IMG/VR virus record: IMGVR_UViG_3300025910_000007
Coordinates: 1 to 64,000 of that record
Origin: a virus
Reading direction: 5' to 3' (one strand)
Length of the DNA stretch: 64,000 nucleotides
The translations under genes were made by a program, and so were the position numbers. Positions 47,841 through 57,549 of the stretch are shown here, in pieces (within the stretch, counting starts at the first letter, position 1; every line of letters begins with the position of its first letter). The notes beneath the pieces are model-generated. The model was not told the DNA's origin. It saw only the letters and a list, made by a program, of their open reading frames with translations, and did not search any database.

Positions 47841-49319
47841 TCAATCTTCGTCGTCCTTTTCCTTCGGGGCGCCGGCAGGGTAACAGCTCACGACGAACGG
47901 CCGGCCCAACGGCAGGCAGCCTGCAACGCAGACCTTGTCCCTTCCTGGCGCCCCCTCACGCGGCGGGACAGCCCAGTTCAACCGCCAAACTCCCAACCGT
48001 TCTTCGTCCTGCCGTTGGTTCAACCCGATGACGGCGGTAGGGTGCGCGTTCTTCGTCTTGCTTTCGCTGAAGTTGTCGCGGCCTAGCCATTCGCGGGTGT
48101 AACTATCCGTGTCCGCCTGCGTCGCCGTCAGCAACAGGAAATGGTGCTCAAGGTTGATCCGGCGCAGATGGCGCCATGTCTTGTCCACCGCCAGCCGCCG
48201 TTCCCTCTCGTTGGGTGGGTCCGCCAGAATGTCGGCATAATCCACAAGGACCACGTCGGGGACGAATCCCTGCCGTTTGGCTTTCTTGATTTCTGCGTCC
48301 ATCGCCGCAACGGACAACGTCGAATTGGCGCAGCAGTGCAGCCGGAAGTAGCTGTCCAGCGATTTCAGCCCCTTCGTCATCGTCTGCTGTTCGCCTTCGT
48401 CGATCTGCTGGCGGGTCAACGCTGCCCTAAACTCCAGCTTGTCGCATTCCACAGTCGATATCACCTGACCGCGATCTTTCCATTGCGAAGTAATCTGCCG
48501 CGGCATCTTGACTGTGCAAGGCCATTTGCCTTTTTTGGTGGACTTGTAAGGATGGCGGCACATGCGAGCGGCGAACCGCCAGCGGATTTGCCGCTCGCTC
48601 ATGTCCCCGACCTCAAAGAAGAACACGCGATTGCGTTGCATCATGGCATGCCAGGCCATTTCCAGCAGCGCCCATGTCTTGCCTTTCTTTTCTCCAGCAA
48701 GGACTACCACGAAGTTATCGCGGGCCAGCGTATCTCCCAGGAACTCACCCAGCGCCCCGTTGTATCGAATGATCGGTTCTACCTTCTGCGCGAACATATC
48801 GTCCCAGGCGGCGGCATCCCCTAGCAGATTCGATGTCCGCCCAATCGCTTCTCCCGGTTCAGACAAGGCAAACGACGCCAGCCGTTCCTTCGCCTTGTCT
48901 AGCCGGTCCCGGTCCAGGTCACCCCCCATGTCATCGACCAGCCCGCGCAGCAGCGTCTTCTCGAATTGCTCGACGGCCATCTCGATGATATGCGGCGGCT
49001 TTACCTCTTCATGCAGCCTTTCGTACTGGTCGGAAACATCGGACAGCAGGCTCTGTACCAGCTGCACCTCATGCGTATCCCGATTGCCCGAACCCACCCA
49101 CCGGTTGAAATAGTCGGTGATCGATTTGCGGGGCGCCTCGTTGTGGCGATTAAAGTGTTTGACGCACCAGCCCCCAATGCGATTGGCGTAGGGGGAAGGC
49201 AGTGCATCTGCGGACCAGACACGAGAGAGGCTTTCCAGGACCGGGGTACTCACGATCATCCCCATCAGCACCTGCCGCACCACTTCGCCGTCGCCGGTGC
49301 TTTCTTCGGAGCGTACCAT
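47841..49319 (-). CDS. dnaB: DnaB-like replicative helicase
   Basis: Walker A AGEKKGKT, VLVDYADIL, TATQA, FSESKTK. Confidence 0.8.
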   Translation of the reverse strand: MVRSEESTGDGEVVRQVLMGMIVSTPVLESLSRVWSADALPSPYANRIGGWCVKHFNRHNEAPRKSITDYFNRWVGSGNRDTHEVQLVQSLLSDVSDQYERLHEEVKPPHIIEMAVEQFEKTLLRGLVDDMGGDLDRDRLDKAKERLASFALSEPGEAIGRTSNLLGDAAAWDDMFAQKVEPIIRYNGALGEFLGDTLARDNFVVVLAGEKKGKTWALLEMAWHAMMQRNRVFFFEVGDMSERQIRWRFAARMCRHPYKSTKKGKWPCTVKMPRQITSQWKDRGQVISTVECDKLEFRAALTRQQIDEGEQQTMTKGLKSLDSYFRLHCCANSTLSVAAMDAEIKKAKRQGFVPDVVLVDYADILADPPNERERRLAVDKTWRHLRRINLEHHFLLLTATQADTDSYTREWLGRDNFSESKTKNAHPTAVIGLNQRQDEERLGVWRLNWAVPPREGAPGRDKVCVAGCLPLGRPFVVSCYPAGAPKEKDDED

Positions 49320-49322
49320 CGC

Positions 49323-50369
49323 TCAGTCCTCCATGTAAGTCATGCGGACCCGCCCGTTCGGTAGTGTTTCCTCGATGTAGCGCTTGCGTTGCTGAGCGGC
49401 CTGTTCTGGACCCAGCGTTTTATTATCACTGCGGCGTTTGGCTGAAATGATCTGCGGGAACTTGTCAGCGATGCCCTTACCTGAATAGGCTTCGGGCATG
49501 TGCTGTTCACCGAAATGGTCCAGATACCACTGGCAGTAGACGCACACGTCCTTTTCGGGATAGGCCCCATGCAAGACGCGCAGCTGTTTCGCCCATGTTG
49601 TAACAACCGCGGCGGCAGACTTGCGATGCGGTCCATTCACCCCTAGCAATCCAGCGCGGTGAACGAGTTCGTACAGGCGGGCTGCGATATTCCTCTCCAT
49701 TGATTGAACAGGAAGGGAACCGTTGGTTGATGCGGGATTTGCCTGATGGGAAGTGCTAGATTTCCCGCAAGAAGAATTATCGTCCCCCCCTGTCCCAAGA
49801 ACGCCGTTAGGCGTTTGGGACTGTTGTTTTTTGATTGTTTTCTTTTTAGGGGGGTAAATACCCCCCACCCGTCGGGGGTATTTACCCCCCGCGGATTCGT
49901 CGGGGGTATTTACCCCCCGCGGTTTGCGGGGCGGTATTTCAACTTCGCCCAACTTCAGAGCGGCCAGCTGTTTTTCAACCTTGCTCGAACAGATATGCAC
50001 CCACCGCTGTTGTGATTCGCCATGCTTGACGGTCTTGACGAAGCCTTCCTTGCGGAACTTCTTGAAGAACTGCTTTTGCGTATCGCTGTCCCAATCAAGG
50101 GAAGTGCGAAGAAATGAAGTGGTGCAGAGAAAGTACGTCTGATCGTCGAATTGCTTTTTGACGCTGTGCTTGCCCGTGGCATGATTGATGAGGTCTTGAT
50201 AGAAGAGGGCTTCAACCTTGGTGAAGAGGCGGTAGGTGACGAATTCCCGCCGAAAGAAGAAGTAGTTGCCCTGCGATTGGGTGATGAGGTCGTCGCAAGC
50301 GCAAAGCGACACGCTGTCCTGCGAACCCTTTACTTTGGCGGTAGGAACGCTAGAATTGTGGGTAGGCAT
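49323..50369 (-). CDS. replication initiator-like protein containing internal iterons
   Basis: wHTH-like N-terminus, internal DNA repeats, directly upstream of the helicase. Confidence 0.55.
   Translation of the reverse strand: MPTHNSSVPTAKVKGSQDSVSLCACDDLITQSQGNYFFFRREFVTYRLFTKVEALFYQDLINHATGKHSVKKQFDDQTYFLCTTSFLRTSLDWDSDTQKQFFKKFRKEGFVKTVKHGESQQRWVHICSSKVEKQLAALKLGEVEIPPRKPRGVNTPDESAGGKYPRRVGGIYPPKKKTIKKQQSQTPNGVLGTGGDDNSSCGKSSTSHQANPASTNGSLPVQSMERNIAARLYELVHRAGLLGVNGPHRKSAAAVVTTWAKQLRVLHGAYPEKDVCVYCQWYLDHFGEQHMPEAYSGKGIADKFPQIISAKRRSDNKTLGPEQAAQQRKRYIEETLPNGRVRMTYMED
49822..49940. repeat. putative replication origin: iterons plus AT-rich tract
   Basis: 25-bp direct repeat CGTCGGGGGTATTTACCCCCCGCGG at 49870 and 49898; inverted core at 49849-49866; T-rich 49822-49848. 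Confidence 0.6.
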
Positions 50370-50508
50370 ACCCGTTCTCCTTCTTCATGTTGGGGGACAA
50401 GGTCAAAGGGAGCACTGGTCATGCTCCCTTTTTCCTTTTCTGGTTCAGCTATTTGATCTCGCCGTGTTCATTTCTAGTCTTGGGCGCCATTGCCCGTAAC
50501 GCTCTGTT

Positions 50509-50727
50509 TCAATTGCCCGCTAGCACTTCTTCAATCCATTTGCTTAGGCGTGGGCACCGCACCTCGAAAAAACAGGATTCCGTGATCGGATCGTTGAGAT
50601 GGTTGCGGATGATCTGTTTGGCCGCTTGTTCGTAAGCGGCTTCATCGTTTCGACATTCGTTAGGCAGCAACGCCACCGCTACGGCTATTTTGGGTGGGAT
50701 GACCTTGGTTAGTTTGTAGGGGCTCAT
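50509..50727 (-). CDS. hypothetical protein
   Basis: operon tiling. Confidence 0.4.
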   Translation of the reverse strand: MSPYKLTKVIPPKIAVAVALLPNECRNDEAAYEQAAKQIIRNHLNDPITESCFFEVRCPRLSKWIEEVLAGN

Positions 50728-50900
50728 GCTGTTCGCCTCCGCCGTTTGTAGGTATCGAGTGGACGTACTGCCGGACGCGGGGGCGGCATCCCCAGCAGTT
50801 CCCGCACGATGGCATTGAACGATTTATCCTTGCCCAAAGCCTTCAACGCTTTGTAGGCATGAACGTCGACGCCGATCACCTTCTGTTCTGTTTTGGCCAT
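50724..50900 (-). CDS. small ribbon-helix-helix-like DNA-binding protein
   Basis: KVIGVDVHAYKALKAL...SFNAIVRELL; GGAGG RBS. Confidence 0.55.
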   Translation of the reverse strand: MAKTEQKVIGVDVHAYKALKALGKDKSFNAIVRELLGMPPPRPAVRPLDTYKRRRRTA

Positions 50901-50982
50901 AGCTGCCTCCCGTCTGGGTTGGGTAGGATTCAGGTATAATAGCTTATGCAACGGGTTTCCGTCTAGCGGAATTCTGGGAATT

Positions 50983-51426
50983 TCAAAGCAGGACGTCTGG
51001 ATCGCGGGCCAGCTGCGCATCCTTGCCGCGGGCCGTCGCGTTGGTGCATTGATGGGATGTGCCACGCTGATAGATTTCGTGGCAAGCAACGCAGGACGCA
51101 TTGCCGCTCAGTCGCATGGGGTCTTCGAGCAAGTAGTGCAGCCGCTTCTCGGTCCGTTCCAGTCCTACCTTCGCCTCAGCCGATTTGGCGTTAGCCAGGC
51201 ACGCCTGAATCAACCCCAACAAGCGGATGGCCCCGTCTGCGGTAAAACGGGTGCTGTAATCCCCTGTCAGCGATTCCAGCAGATAGGACAGCGCCCGTTC
51301 GCGACGCCCGTGTTTGGTGGTGTTTTCCTGCTGATTGACGCAGGAACAGAGGTTTTCCGCCAGGCGGATTTGATAGGTGCGCAGCAGCCACTGAATTGTG
51401 GTGCTGACTTCCTTGTTGTCCATCAT
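50983..51426 (-). CDS. hypothetical protein
   Basis: ATG after AAGGAG. Confidence 0.45.
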   Translation of the reverse strand: MMDNKEVSTTIQWLLRTYQIRLAENLCSCVNQQENTTKHGRRERALSYLLESLTGDYSTRFTADGAIRLLGLIQACLANAKSAEAKVGLERTEKRLHYLLEDPMRLSGNASCVACHEIYQRGTSHQCTNATARGKDAQLARDPDVLL

Positions 51427-51577
51427 TTCTCCTTTGCGGGCAGTTTCAGTGTCCCGCTTTTGGTGAATTTGATTCTGGTTGTTGGCGTACAGCGGATGCA
51501 ATAACTGAACAGCCGGCCGAACTGGCGGACGCACCGAACATTGCCACCGCAATTGCATTTGCAGATGAACTTGGTTT

Positions 51578-52123
51578 TCATGTATGCCCCTCATGTTTGC
51601 GTAGAAATTCCTTCGCCAATCGCGAACAGGTTTTGTCGCACCATACATTCCACGGCGAAACAAGCCGCCCGTGTTTGGTACAGCCCCGCCGCAAGTCGAT
51701 CTGTGTCGGGTGGCCTGATACCAGCTCAACTTGCCATCGTCGGCCTTGTCGCAGTTCGATGATCTGTTTGCGCAGCCAATCAGGTATGCCATTGAAGCGG
51801 TCACTGGTCGTTAGTCGGTACAGCGTTACCAGCGAATCGGTAAACAGGACGCCGTTCCAGCCGAATGGTAGGGACAGCAACGCCTGAACGGCAGCGTATG
51901 CCTCCGAGAAATTGTTGGTGATTTTGAGCAGCACTGGGCCGCCCCATGGTTTTACATGCTCGGGTTTGATGATCCCGCAAGCGGATTTTAGCTTACGTTG
52001 ACTGATGGAATCGACCCAGCAGAACGCAAATGTACCGCCATGAGACGAAGGGTTCGGTCCGATAACGCCGCCGTCGCAGAAGATTTGATCGGGTAGGATT
52101 TCGTTCATTGGCCCAAATCCCAT
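51578..52123 (-). CDS. rnhA: ribonuclease HI
   Basis: IFCDGG, TNNFSE, FTDS, GH, WN..CD. Confidence 0.8.
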   Translation of the reverse strand: MGFGPMNEILPDQIFCDGGVIGPNPSSHGGTFAFCWVDSISQRKLKSACGIIKPEHVKPWGGPVLLKITNNFSEAYAAVQALLSLPFGWNGVLFTDSLVTLYRLTTSDRFNGIPDWLRKQIIELRQGRRWQVELVSGHPTQIDLRRGCTKHGRLVSPWNVWCDKTCSRLAKEFLRKHEGHT

Positions 52124-52304
52124 ACCTCATTGATTCTCTGCTGATCGCCGGACGCGATGGCGTCTTTCAGCAACTGTTCCCATTCGATGTAGGCCGCATC
52201 CAACATCGCCACTTCTTCCGCAGTTGGCGGGATCGGGTCCGGTTCATACCTGGTCCACGCCCGCCCTTTGGCTTCATTCATTATTAGATTCCCTTATACT
52301 GCGT

Positions 52305-52388
52305 CAGGATTGCGCAGGTCGCGTTCAGATAGCTCCGCTGCGATTTCCCCTGTTTGCTGTTTCACGTCGCGTTATACGCGATCCTGGC
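52305..52388. repeat. dispersed ~84-bp element (copy B, inverted relative to 6552-6635)
   Basis: 24-bp exact inverted match plus TACGCGATCCTGGC at identical spacing. Confidence 0.6.
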
Positions 52389-52412
52389 TTGATTGCGGGG
52401 CATTCCTGATGG

Positions 52413-52658
52413 TTAGGGCCGTTCCCCTTTCCGCAGTTCTTCAATGTCCAGGTAGCGGAACTGCTGACCGCAACTGACGCAGCGGTCCAGTTCCAGCAGT
52501 TCGCCGCCTTGGTTGTTTCTTTGCATCAGTAGGACGCCACGTTCGCAGACAGGGCAGTCGCGCTTGAAGCGGCTGCGGTAGTCAAACGGTGTCAATTGCC
52601 CATGATAGACGTCGCGGATGGGCTGATCGAAGTTGGGGGCGATTTCGTTCATGTTCAT
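52413..52658 (-). CDS. hypothetical Zn-ribbon protein
   Basis: CPVC...CVSCG. Confidence 0.5.
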   Translation of the reverse strand: MNMNEIAPNFDQPIRDVYHGQLTPFDYRSRFKRDCPVCERGVLLMQRNNQGGELLELDRCVSCGQQFRYLDIEELRKGERP

Positions 52659-53530
52659 TCCAGAAACTCCCTTCGCAGTTTGCGAACTTCTTTGGGTGAC
52701 GCACTGCCGGGATCGGCTGCGTCGATTTCAACGCGAATCGTCTTGCCGGCGAACGCGCTCAGTTCCCGGCACAGTATCTTCGCACGTCGTTGTGCGGCCG
52801 GTTCTGAATCGAAAATGATGATGCGGATGGGGTGTCGTGATATCAACAGCACCTGTGCCCGCGTTACCCCGACGCCCAGCGTTGCGACTGCGCCTGGACC
52901 CACTCGCATGGCGTCCATTGGCCCTTCCGTCACGATGATGGCGTGGCGGACCATATCATGTCCGAAGAGCAGGGATTTCGCGGGGAACACTTCTTCTTCT
53001 GGCTTGGCGTTCTCATAGCGCAGTTTCGCCTGATCGGACACCGCCCGCGTCGTCCAGCTAACCGTTTCCCCGCGGAAGGTAATGGGGATGAATACCCGCC
53101 ATGCCAGCCGCGCACTTAGTCCGATCCCTTTCAGGCCCCATAGCCGTTCCACTTCAACCGGATCGAAACCACGATGACGCAGGTATGCCTTGTGGATTGG
53201 CAGCAGCGCTCCTAGCCCATGCGGCAGCACCAGCTTGCCCCGCCGACGCATGGTAGGGGCGCGGCGGTCCCAACGCATGCCCTTGAGCAGTTCGGCGATC
53301 TTGCGGGGCTCTTCGCCGGTAACATCGCGAACAACATCCCAAAGACGATGCACCCCGCATTTCCAGCAGGAGCAGGAACCGTGGGCGATGCTAATGCCCA
53401 TACCGTAATTGCCCGTACCGATGCCACAATACGGGCAGACGATCCCGAGCCAGCCTTCAGAGACGTGTTGACTTTCGCCGTGCTGACGAAAGTCAACGTC
53501 GTACTCTTGCAGGATTTCGATGAGGGTCAT
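52655..53530 (-). CDS. DNA primase (Zn finger plus TOPRIM)
   Basis: CPYC...CWKC, YL..RG, EGPMDA, FDSE. Confidence 0.85.
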   Translation of the reverse strand: MTLIEILQEYDVDFRQHGESQHVSEGWLGIVCPYCGIGTGNYGMGISIAHGSCSCWKCGVHRLWDVVRDVTGEEPRKIAELLKGMRWDRRAPTMRRRGKLVLPHGLGALLPIHKAYLRHRGFDPVEVERLWGLKGIGLSARLAWRVFIPITFRGETVSWTTRAVSDQAKLRYENAKPEEEVFPAKSLLFGHDMVRHAIIVTEGPMDAMRVGPGAVATLGVGVTRAQVLLISRHPIRIIIFDSEPAAQRRAKILCRELSAFAGKTIRVEIDAADPGSASPKEVRKLRREFLE

Positions 53531-53802
53531 GGCTGTTGCGGTTGCGGCGGTCGGTTCAGCATTCGTAGCAGCTGGGCTTCCGCTTTGGCGCTTCGGACCC
53601 CTTCAGCATGAGCATCGTCCAGTGCCAGAGCGATGAGTTTGGTTAGTTCGCTATCGACGGCGGCTTCTTGCTTTAGTCGGCCGCTCGCTTCGGTAGGCAG
53701 ATGTACCCAGGCGTCTATTACATGCTGCGCTTGTTCCAGCGATTCTTCAGACACGATCCAGCCGTCGCGAAATGCTGTCAGCAGTTCATCTTTGTAGGTC
53801 AT
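53527..53802 (-). CDS. hypothetical protein
   Basis: operon tiling. Confidence 0.45.
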   Translation of the reverse strand: MTYKDELLTAFRDGWIVSEESLEQAQHVIDAWVHLPTEASGRLKQEAAVDSELTKLIALALDDAHAEGVRSAKAEAQLLRMLNRPPQPQQP

Positions 53803-54089
53803 GGGGCCTCCTTCACGCAGTAGCGTAGCTGAGTGGCGGCATCGGACAGGAAGTCCGCCAATTTGTCCAGGTCTTTCGCCTTGAGGAAACAGAGCGAAAA
53901 GACGGTATTCCCTTCGCTGATGACGAGGTTGCTAATGTCCTTACCTTTGCTGCCCTGTTCGACGTAGATCGTCGCCGAGCCGCCTTCATCATCTGCCGAC
54001 AATGGCAAGGTCAGGGTTAGCTGCATTCGCTCCGACTGTTCCGCCAGGGCTTTGTTGAATTCTTGATCGGTCATGATTTGTCTCCGCAC
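53799..54089 (-). CDS. hypothetical protein
   Basis: operon tiling. Confidence 0.45.
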   Translation of the reverse strand: MRRQIMTDQEFNKALAEQSERMQLTLTLPLSADDEGGSATIYVEQGSKGKDISNLVISEGNTVFSLCFLKAKDLDKLADFLSDAATQLRYCVKEAP

Positions 54090-54556
54090 ACAAAGGTCTG
54101 TTTCCAGTGAGACGGCAGCCGTTCCGTCAGCAGGTTTTGGTACATCGCCCAGATGATAGCTGGCGGGACGTCGTGAACGTTGCGGGCGATGGCCACGTCA
54201 ACCGGGCAAAGGACGTTGACGATCTCGACATCGCGGCCATAGATTTCGGCCAGCCTGTAGTAAGGAGATATTTCCCATGCCTGCGTATTGGTGTTGTCCA
54301 CGACCACCGACGCCATATCGCTGTAGTGGTCGGGATCTGTGAGCTGATTCAGGAATTTGCCGAGGCATTGATTGTGCGCCGGCCCGATGTTCGCCGGGTT
54401 GAAACGATAGACGCCGTCGATTACATGAAAGTCATCCGCTGAACAGACCAAAGGTCTGTTCAGACCGTCTAGGCCCCCCAGCAGACCGTTGTGATTGTCT
54501 TCGATCCACGTCGATTTCCCTGATCCCGGCAGCCCTCGCATGATGTAGACTTTCAT
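54071..54556 (-). CDS. P-loop polynucleotide kinase-like (AAA_33) protein
   Basis: RGLPGSGKST, CSADDF, VVDNTN, RNVHDVP. Confidence 0.85.
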   Translation of the reverse strand: MKVYIMRGLPGSGKSTWIEDNHNGLLGGLDGLNRPLVCSADDFHVIDGVYRFNPANIGPAHNQCLGKFLNQLTDPDHYSDMASVVVDNTNTQAWEISPYYRLAEIYGRDVEIVNVLCPVDVAIARNVHDVPPAIIWAMYQNLLTERLPSHWKQTFVCGDKS

Positions 54557-55968
54557 GTGTTTCCCTCGTTGAGAAGTTCCTTGATGAGCTGATCGAACAC
54601 GCTGAGGTTGTCTCCCTTGCCGCGGCCGTCGATGGTACGGTTGATCGTTTTCTGCTTCGCTTGCAACAGTCCTACCAAACGCTCTTCAATTGTTCCTTTC
54701 GCCACGAGCCAAAATGAGCGGGAATGGATACCTTCCTGACCGCGGCCGATGCCGTGCGTGCGGTCTTCTGCTTGCGTATGCGTGGCAGGTGACCATGCGT
54801 ATTCGACGAACGCTGTTGTACTGACACCTTTGGCGGACCACCCCACCCCAGTCGCCTTGATCTGCCCCAGGAACACCCGGCATTTACCGTTGGTTAGGAA
54901 CTTGTCAACGGCGTTCTGTCGCTTATGGCCGGTGATGGTGCCATCGACGCGGACGCAGCAATCCTTGTAACGCTTTTCCAGTTCGCCGAGAACGGAATGA
55001 TGGACAGCGTACAGGATGATCTTTTCTTCTGAGTCATGCAGGAAGCCGTCCACCCAATCGAACACCGCTTTGAGTTTTAGTTGTGCCGCCAGTTTCTTCA
55101 GCGCTGCCAATTTCACCAACGCTGCGGCCCGCAATGATTTCTTACGTTTCTTCGGATGGAACTTGGCCAGCCATAACCCGAACGACCGCTGCGCCAGTTC
55201 ATACTCCTTCCTGCGTTCAATACCGAGCGGAACAACGTGTCGTGCTTTGGGTGGTAGCTGTTTGAGGACGTCTTCCTTGCGACGGCGGATCATCAGGTTG
55301 TCTACCAGCAGTCGGTTAAGGACGTCGAGATTGCTGGCCCCGTCGAAGGAAATACCCCACGGTGTACGTCTGGGAGCACAGAACTTGTGACCAAATGGCC
55401 AGAAGGATGGGAACAGGTCGGGACGAAGTATGTTCAACGTCACGAACAATTCGCGGGGGCGATTACCGATGGGCGTGCCCGACAGCGCCAGTACGTGCGG
55501 GACGTTTCTGCAAAGCAATCTACAGGCTCGACTGCGGGCAGATTTGGTGTCGAGAAGGTAGTGGCTTTCATCGATGATGATTAGTTGCGGGTTCAGGCTG
55601 GTCAGGGCATCTACCCAGCCTTCCCGATGGACACCCTTGCGTTCGGATGGAGCCAGGATGTCATAGTTGACGATGACGACCTTTCGACGCGACCACGAAC
55701 CGCCGCGGCGGGGGGACAGCCCCCCAACCACGGCAGCCCCCAGCCCGAAATGCACGCGGCACTCACGTTCCCAGTTGTACTTCAATCCTGCTGGACAGAC
55801 GATGACGATAGGCAGCAGCGCAGGATTGCGGTGAGCGTACAGCAGCGCTTGCAGGCTTTTGCCCAGCCCCATCGAATCGGCAAGGAGCGCCCTGCCATCG
55901 AAGCGTTCTATGGCCTCGACGCCTTCGATTTGGAACGGGTAAGGTTCGGTGAGAATGCGGCGAATCAT
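54553..55968 (-). CDS. SNF2/HARP-like helicase
   Basis: LADSMGLGKS, DESH, LSGTP, QAEDR.H.IG. Confidence 0.9.
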   Translation of the reverse strand: MIRRILTEPYPFQIEGVEAIERFDGRALLADSMGLGKSLQALLYAHRNPALLPIVIVCPAGLKYNWERECRVHFGLGAAVVGGLSPRRGGSWSRRKVVIVNYDILAPSERKGVHREGWVDALTSLNPQLIIIDESHYLLDTKSARSRACRLLCRNVPHVLALSGTPIGNRPRELFVTLNILRPDLFPSFWPFGHKFCAPRRTPWGISFDGASNLDVLNRLLVDNLMIRRRKEDVLKQLPPKARHVVPLGIERRKEYELAQRSFGLWLAKFHPKKRKKSLRAAALVKLAALKKLAAQLKLKAVFDWVDGFLHDSEEKIILYAVHHSVLGELEKRYKDCCVRVDGTITGHKRQNAVDKFLTNGKCRVFLGQIKATGVGWSAKGVSTTAFVEYAWSPATHTQAEDRTHGIGRGQEGIHSRSFWLVAKGTIEERLVGLLQAKQKTINRTIDGRGKGDNLSVFDQLIKELLNEGNT

Positions 55969-55983
55969 CTGGTCTCCGTTGAG

Positions 55984-56202
55984 CTACGACACCGTTCCGG
56001 CCAAGGTGCAACGATCCTTCATCTTCAGTCGGCAGAGGTAGTCTTCGACAGCTAGCGATGCTTCCGATTCCAGCATCGAGATTGGGCTGCATCCGATCTG
56101 TTTGGCACGTTTCGTCAGCATCTGCCACTCTTCGCGGGTCAGGCGGTCCCGCAGGATGACGGTGCAGCGCTCGACGCCGTCTTTGCTCATGGTGAACTTC
56201 AT
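55984..56202 (-). CDS. hypothetical protein
   Basis: operon tiling. Confidence 0.4.
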   Translation of the reverse strand: MKFTMSKDGVERCTVILRDRLTREEWQMLTKRAKQIGCSPISMLESEASLAVEDYLCRLKMKDRCTLAGTVS

Positions 56203-56401
56203 TGGGATGCCTAGCCTTTCTGTTTTTCCAGTGAGGCTTTGGTGACGAAGCTGGTAGTGCCGCGGGGCGATTCGCCGGTTAGGTCAACCGTGAAGATGAC
56301 CTGGGCGCAGTCGGGGTGTCGCGCTTTGTATGCCCACATCATCGCCCAGCTGAGGTACTGGTCGATAATCATGAGGTCGTGTTCGGTGTTGTCCGGCGGT
56401 T

Positions 56402-56950
56402 TCACGGCAGCGCCTCCCGCACTTCGGCAAAACTCTCTGCCACCCGCCGCCAGGTCCAACCGAGTTCCAGCAGAAAAGTCATGATCGCCCCCCGGCGGCG
56501 ATCCACCGGCTTTTCTGCCGGCTCTTCATGTTCCCGCTCTTTCATGAGTGCCACGATATCGGGCGGCGGTTCCAGCGCCAGCCGCAGCACGACCGCAGCG
56601 TCATTGCTGACCTCAGCCAGCAGCGAATAGGGGCCGTCGTCCAGTGCGGCCAGTGCTTCCATCTTCAGGCCGTAGGTTTCGTGGGCAGTTTGCTTGCGTC
56701 GGGCTGCTAGACACTTTTGCAAGCCTACCCAGACGCGATAGTAGACCCAGCCCGAGAAGTTCTTGCGTGTCCCATCGAACGTGTTGTAGGCGATGCAGTA
56801 GGCCTCGGATGCATCGCTGAACAGGTCGTCGTAATCGCCGCCATGCGACCGCTGGAACCGGCAGCAGATGTAATGCAGCAGCTTCTCGACGTGCTCATAC
56901 GATGCTCGGCGCGGTTGAAACGTCTCCTGTTGAATCGTTGCGGCCATCAT
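56402..56950 (-). CDS. phage sigma70-family-like factor
   Basis: region-2-like YDDLFSDA..AY..A..TFD....FSGWVYYRV; GGAGG RBS. Confidence 0.6.
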   Translation of the reverse strand: MMAATIQQETFQPRRASYEHVEKLLHYICCRFQRSHGGDYDDLFSDASEAYCIAYNTFDGTRKNFSGWVYYRVWVGLQKCLAARRKQTAHETYGLKMEALAALDDGPYSLLAEVSNDAAVVLRLALEPPPDIVALMKEREHEEPAEKPVDRRRGAIMTFLLELGWTWRRVAESFAEVREALP

Positions 56951-57014
56951 CGACCAACCTCCTGTTTGGGGACATGGTAGGAATAGGGGCCTCTTCCCTG
57001 TTCCCTGTTCCGGT

Positions 57015-57191
57015 TTACTTCTGGCGGGCCGCCTCAGTCCGCTGAGCGTAGGCGCGTCCCCGCTGCTGCCGCCAGCGGGCGTACTGCCTGCGGGTCGGTT
57101 CCACCTGGGCCAACCTGCACGCCCTGTTGAACAGGTCGTCGCATACGGCGGCCATTGTGTAGGTAGTGGTCGGCTTCTTCGTGCTCTTCAT
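57015..57191 (-). CDS. small hypothetical protein (58 aa, absent from the ORF track)
   Basis: ACAGGAG RBS; F..AC....VEPTRRQY..W. Confidence 0.5.
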   Translation of the reverse strand: MKSTKKPTTTYTMAAVCDDLFNRACRLAQVEPTRRQYARWRQQRGRAYAQRTEAARQK

Positions 57192-57227
57192 CGTCGTTCT
57201 CCTGTCATGTGATGTAGGGCGAAACAG

Positions 57228-57305
57228 AGCCGCGGATGGGCTTTGAACCCATGTCTCCCGACGCGTGCGGGTATCCTGGTCCAGCCTTTTCTAGACGACC
57301 GCGGC
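57228..57305 (-). tRNA. tRNA-like element with aberrant anticodon arm
   Basis: GCCGCGG/CCGCGGC acceptor, ATGGG-TTCAAAG-CCCAT T-arm, anticodon arm CCCG-CACGCGT-CGGG. Confidence 0.5.
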
Positions 57306-57320
57306 TGATGGTTGCGGCAG

Positions 57321-57518
57321 TTAGCCCAACTGAAGATGATCCCGCAGCTGGTCCTTCATGCCCGCCGGTGCGTACTGAATGAACTGTTGAAACTCAGGAA
57401 TCTTGGCAGTGTCTCCCGCAAGGATATCGCGGGACAGGTTGAGCAGATGACAGTACAGTCCGAAGGATGACATGGACTGATGGGCCTGCTGCTGACGCTG
57501 CTGTTCTCGGGTCTTCAT
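57321..57518 (-). CDS. hypothetical protein
   Basis: ACAGGAG RBS. Confidence 0.5.
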   Translation of the reverse strand: MKTREQQRQQQAHQSMSSFGLYCHLLNLSRDILAGDTAKIPEFQQFIQYAPAGMKDQLRDHLQLG

Positions 57519-57549
57519 CGGTTTCTCCTGTTTGGCGGGCGAATGGGAA

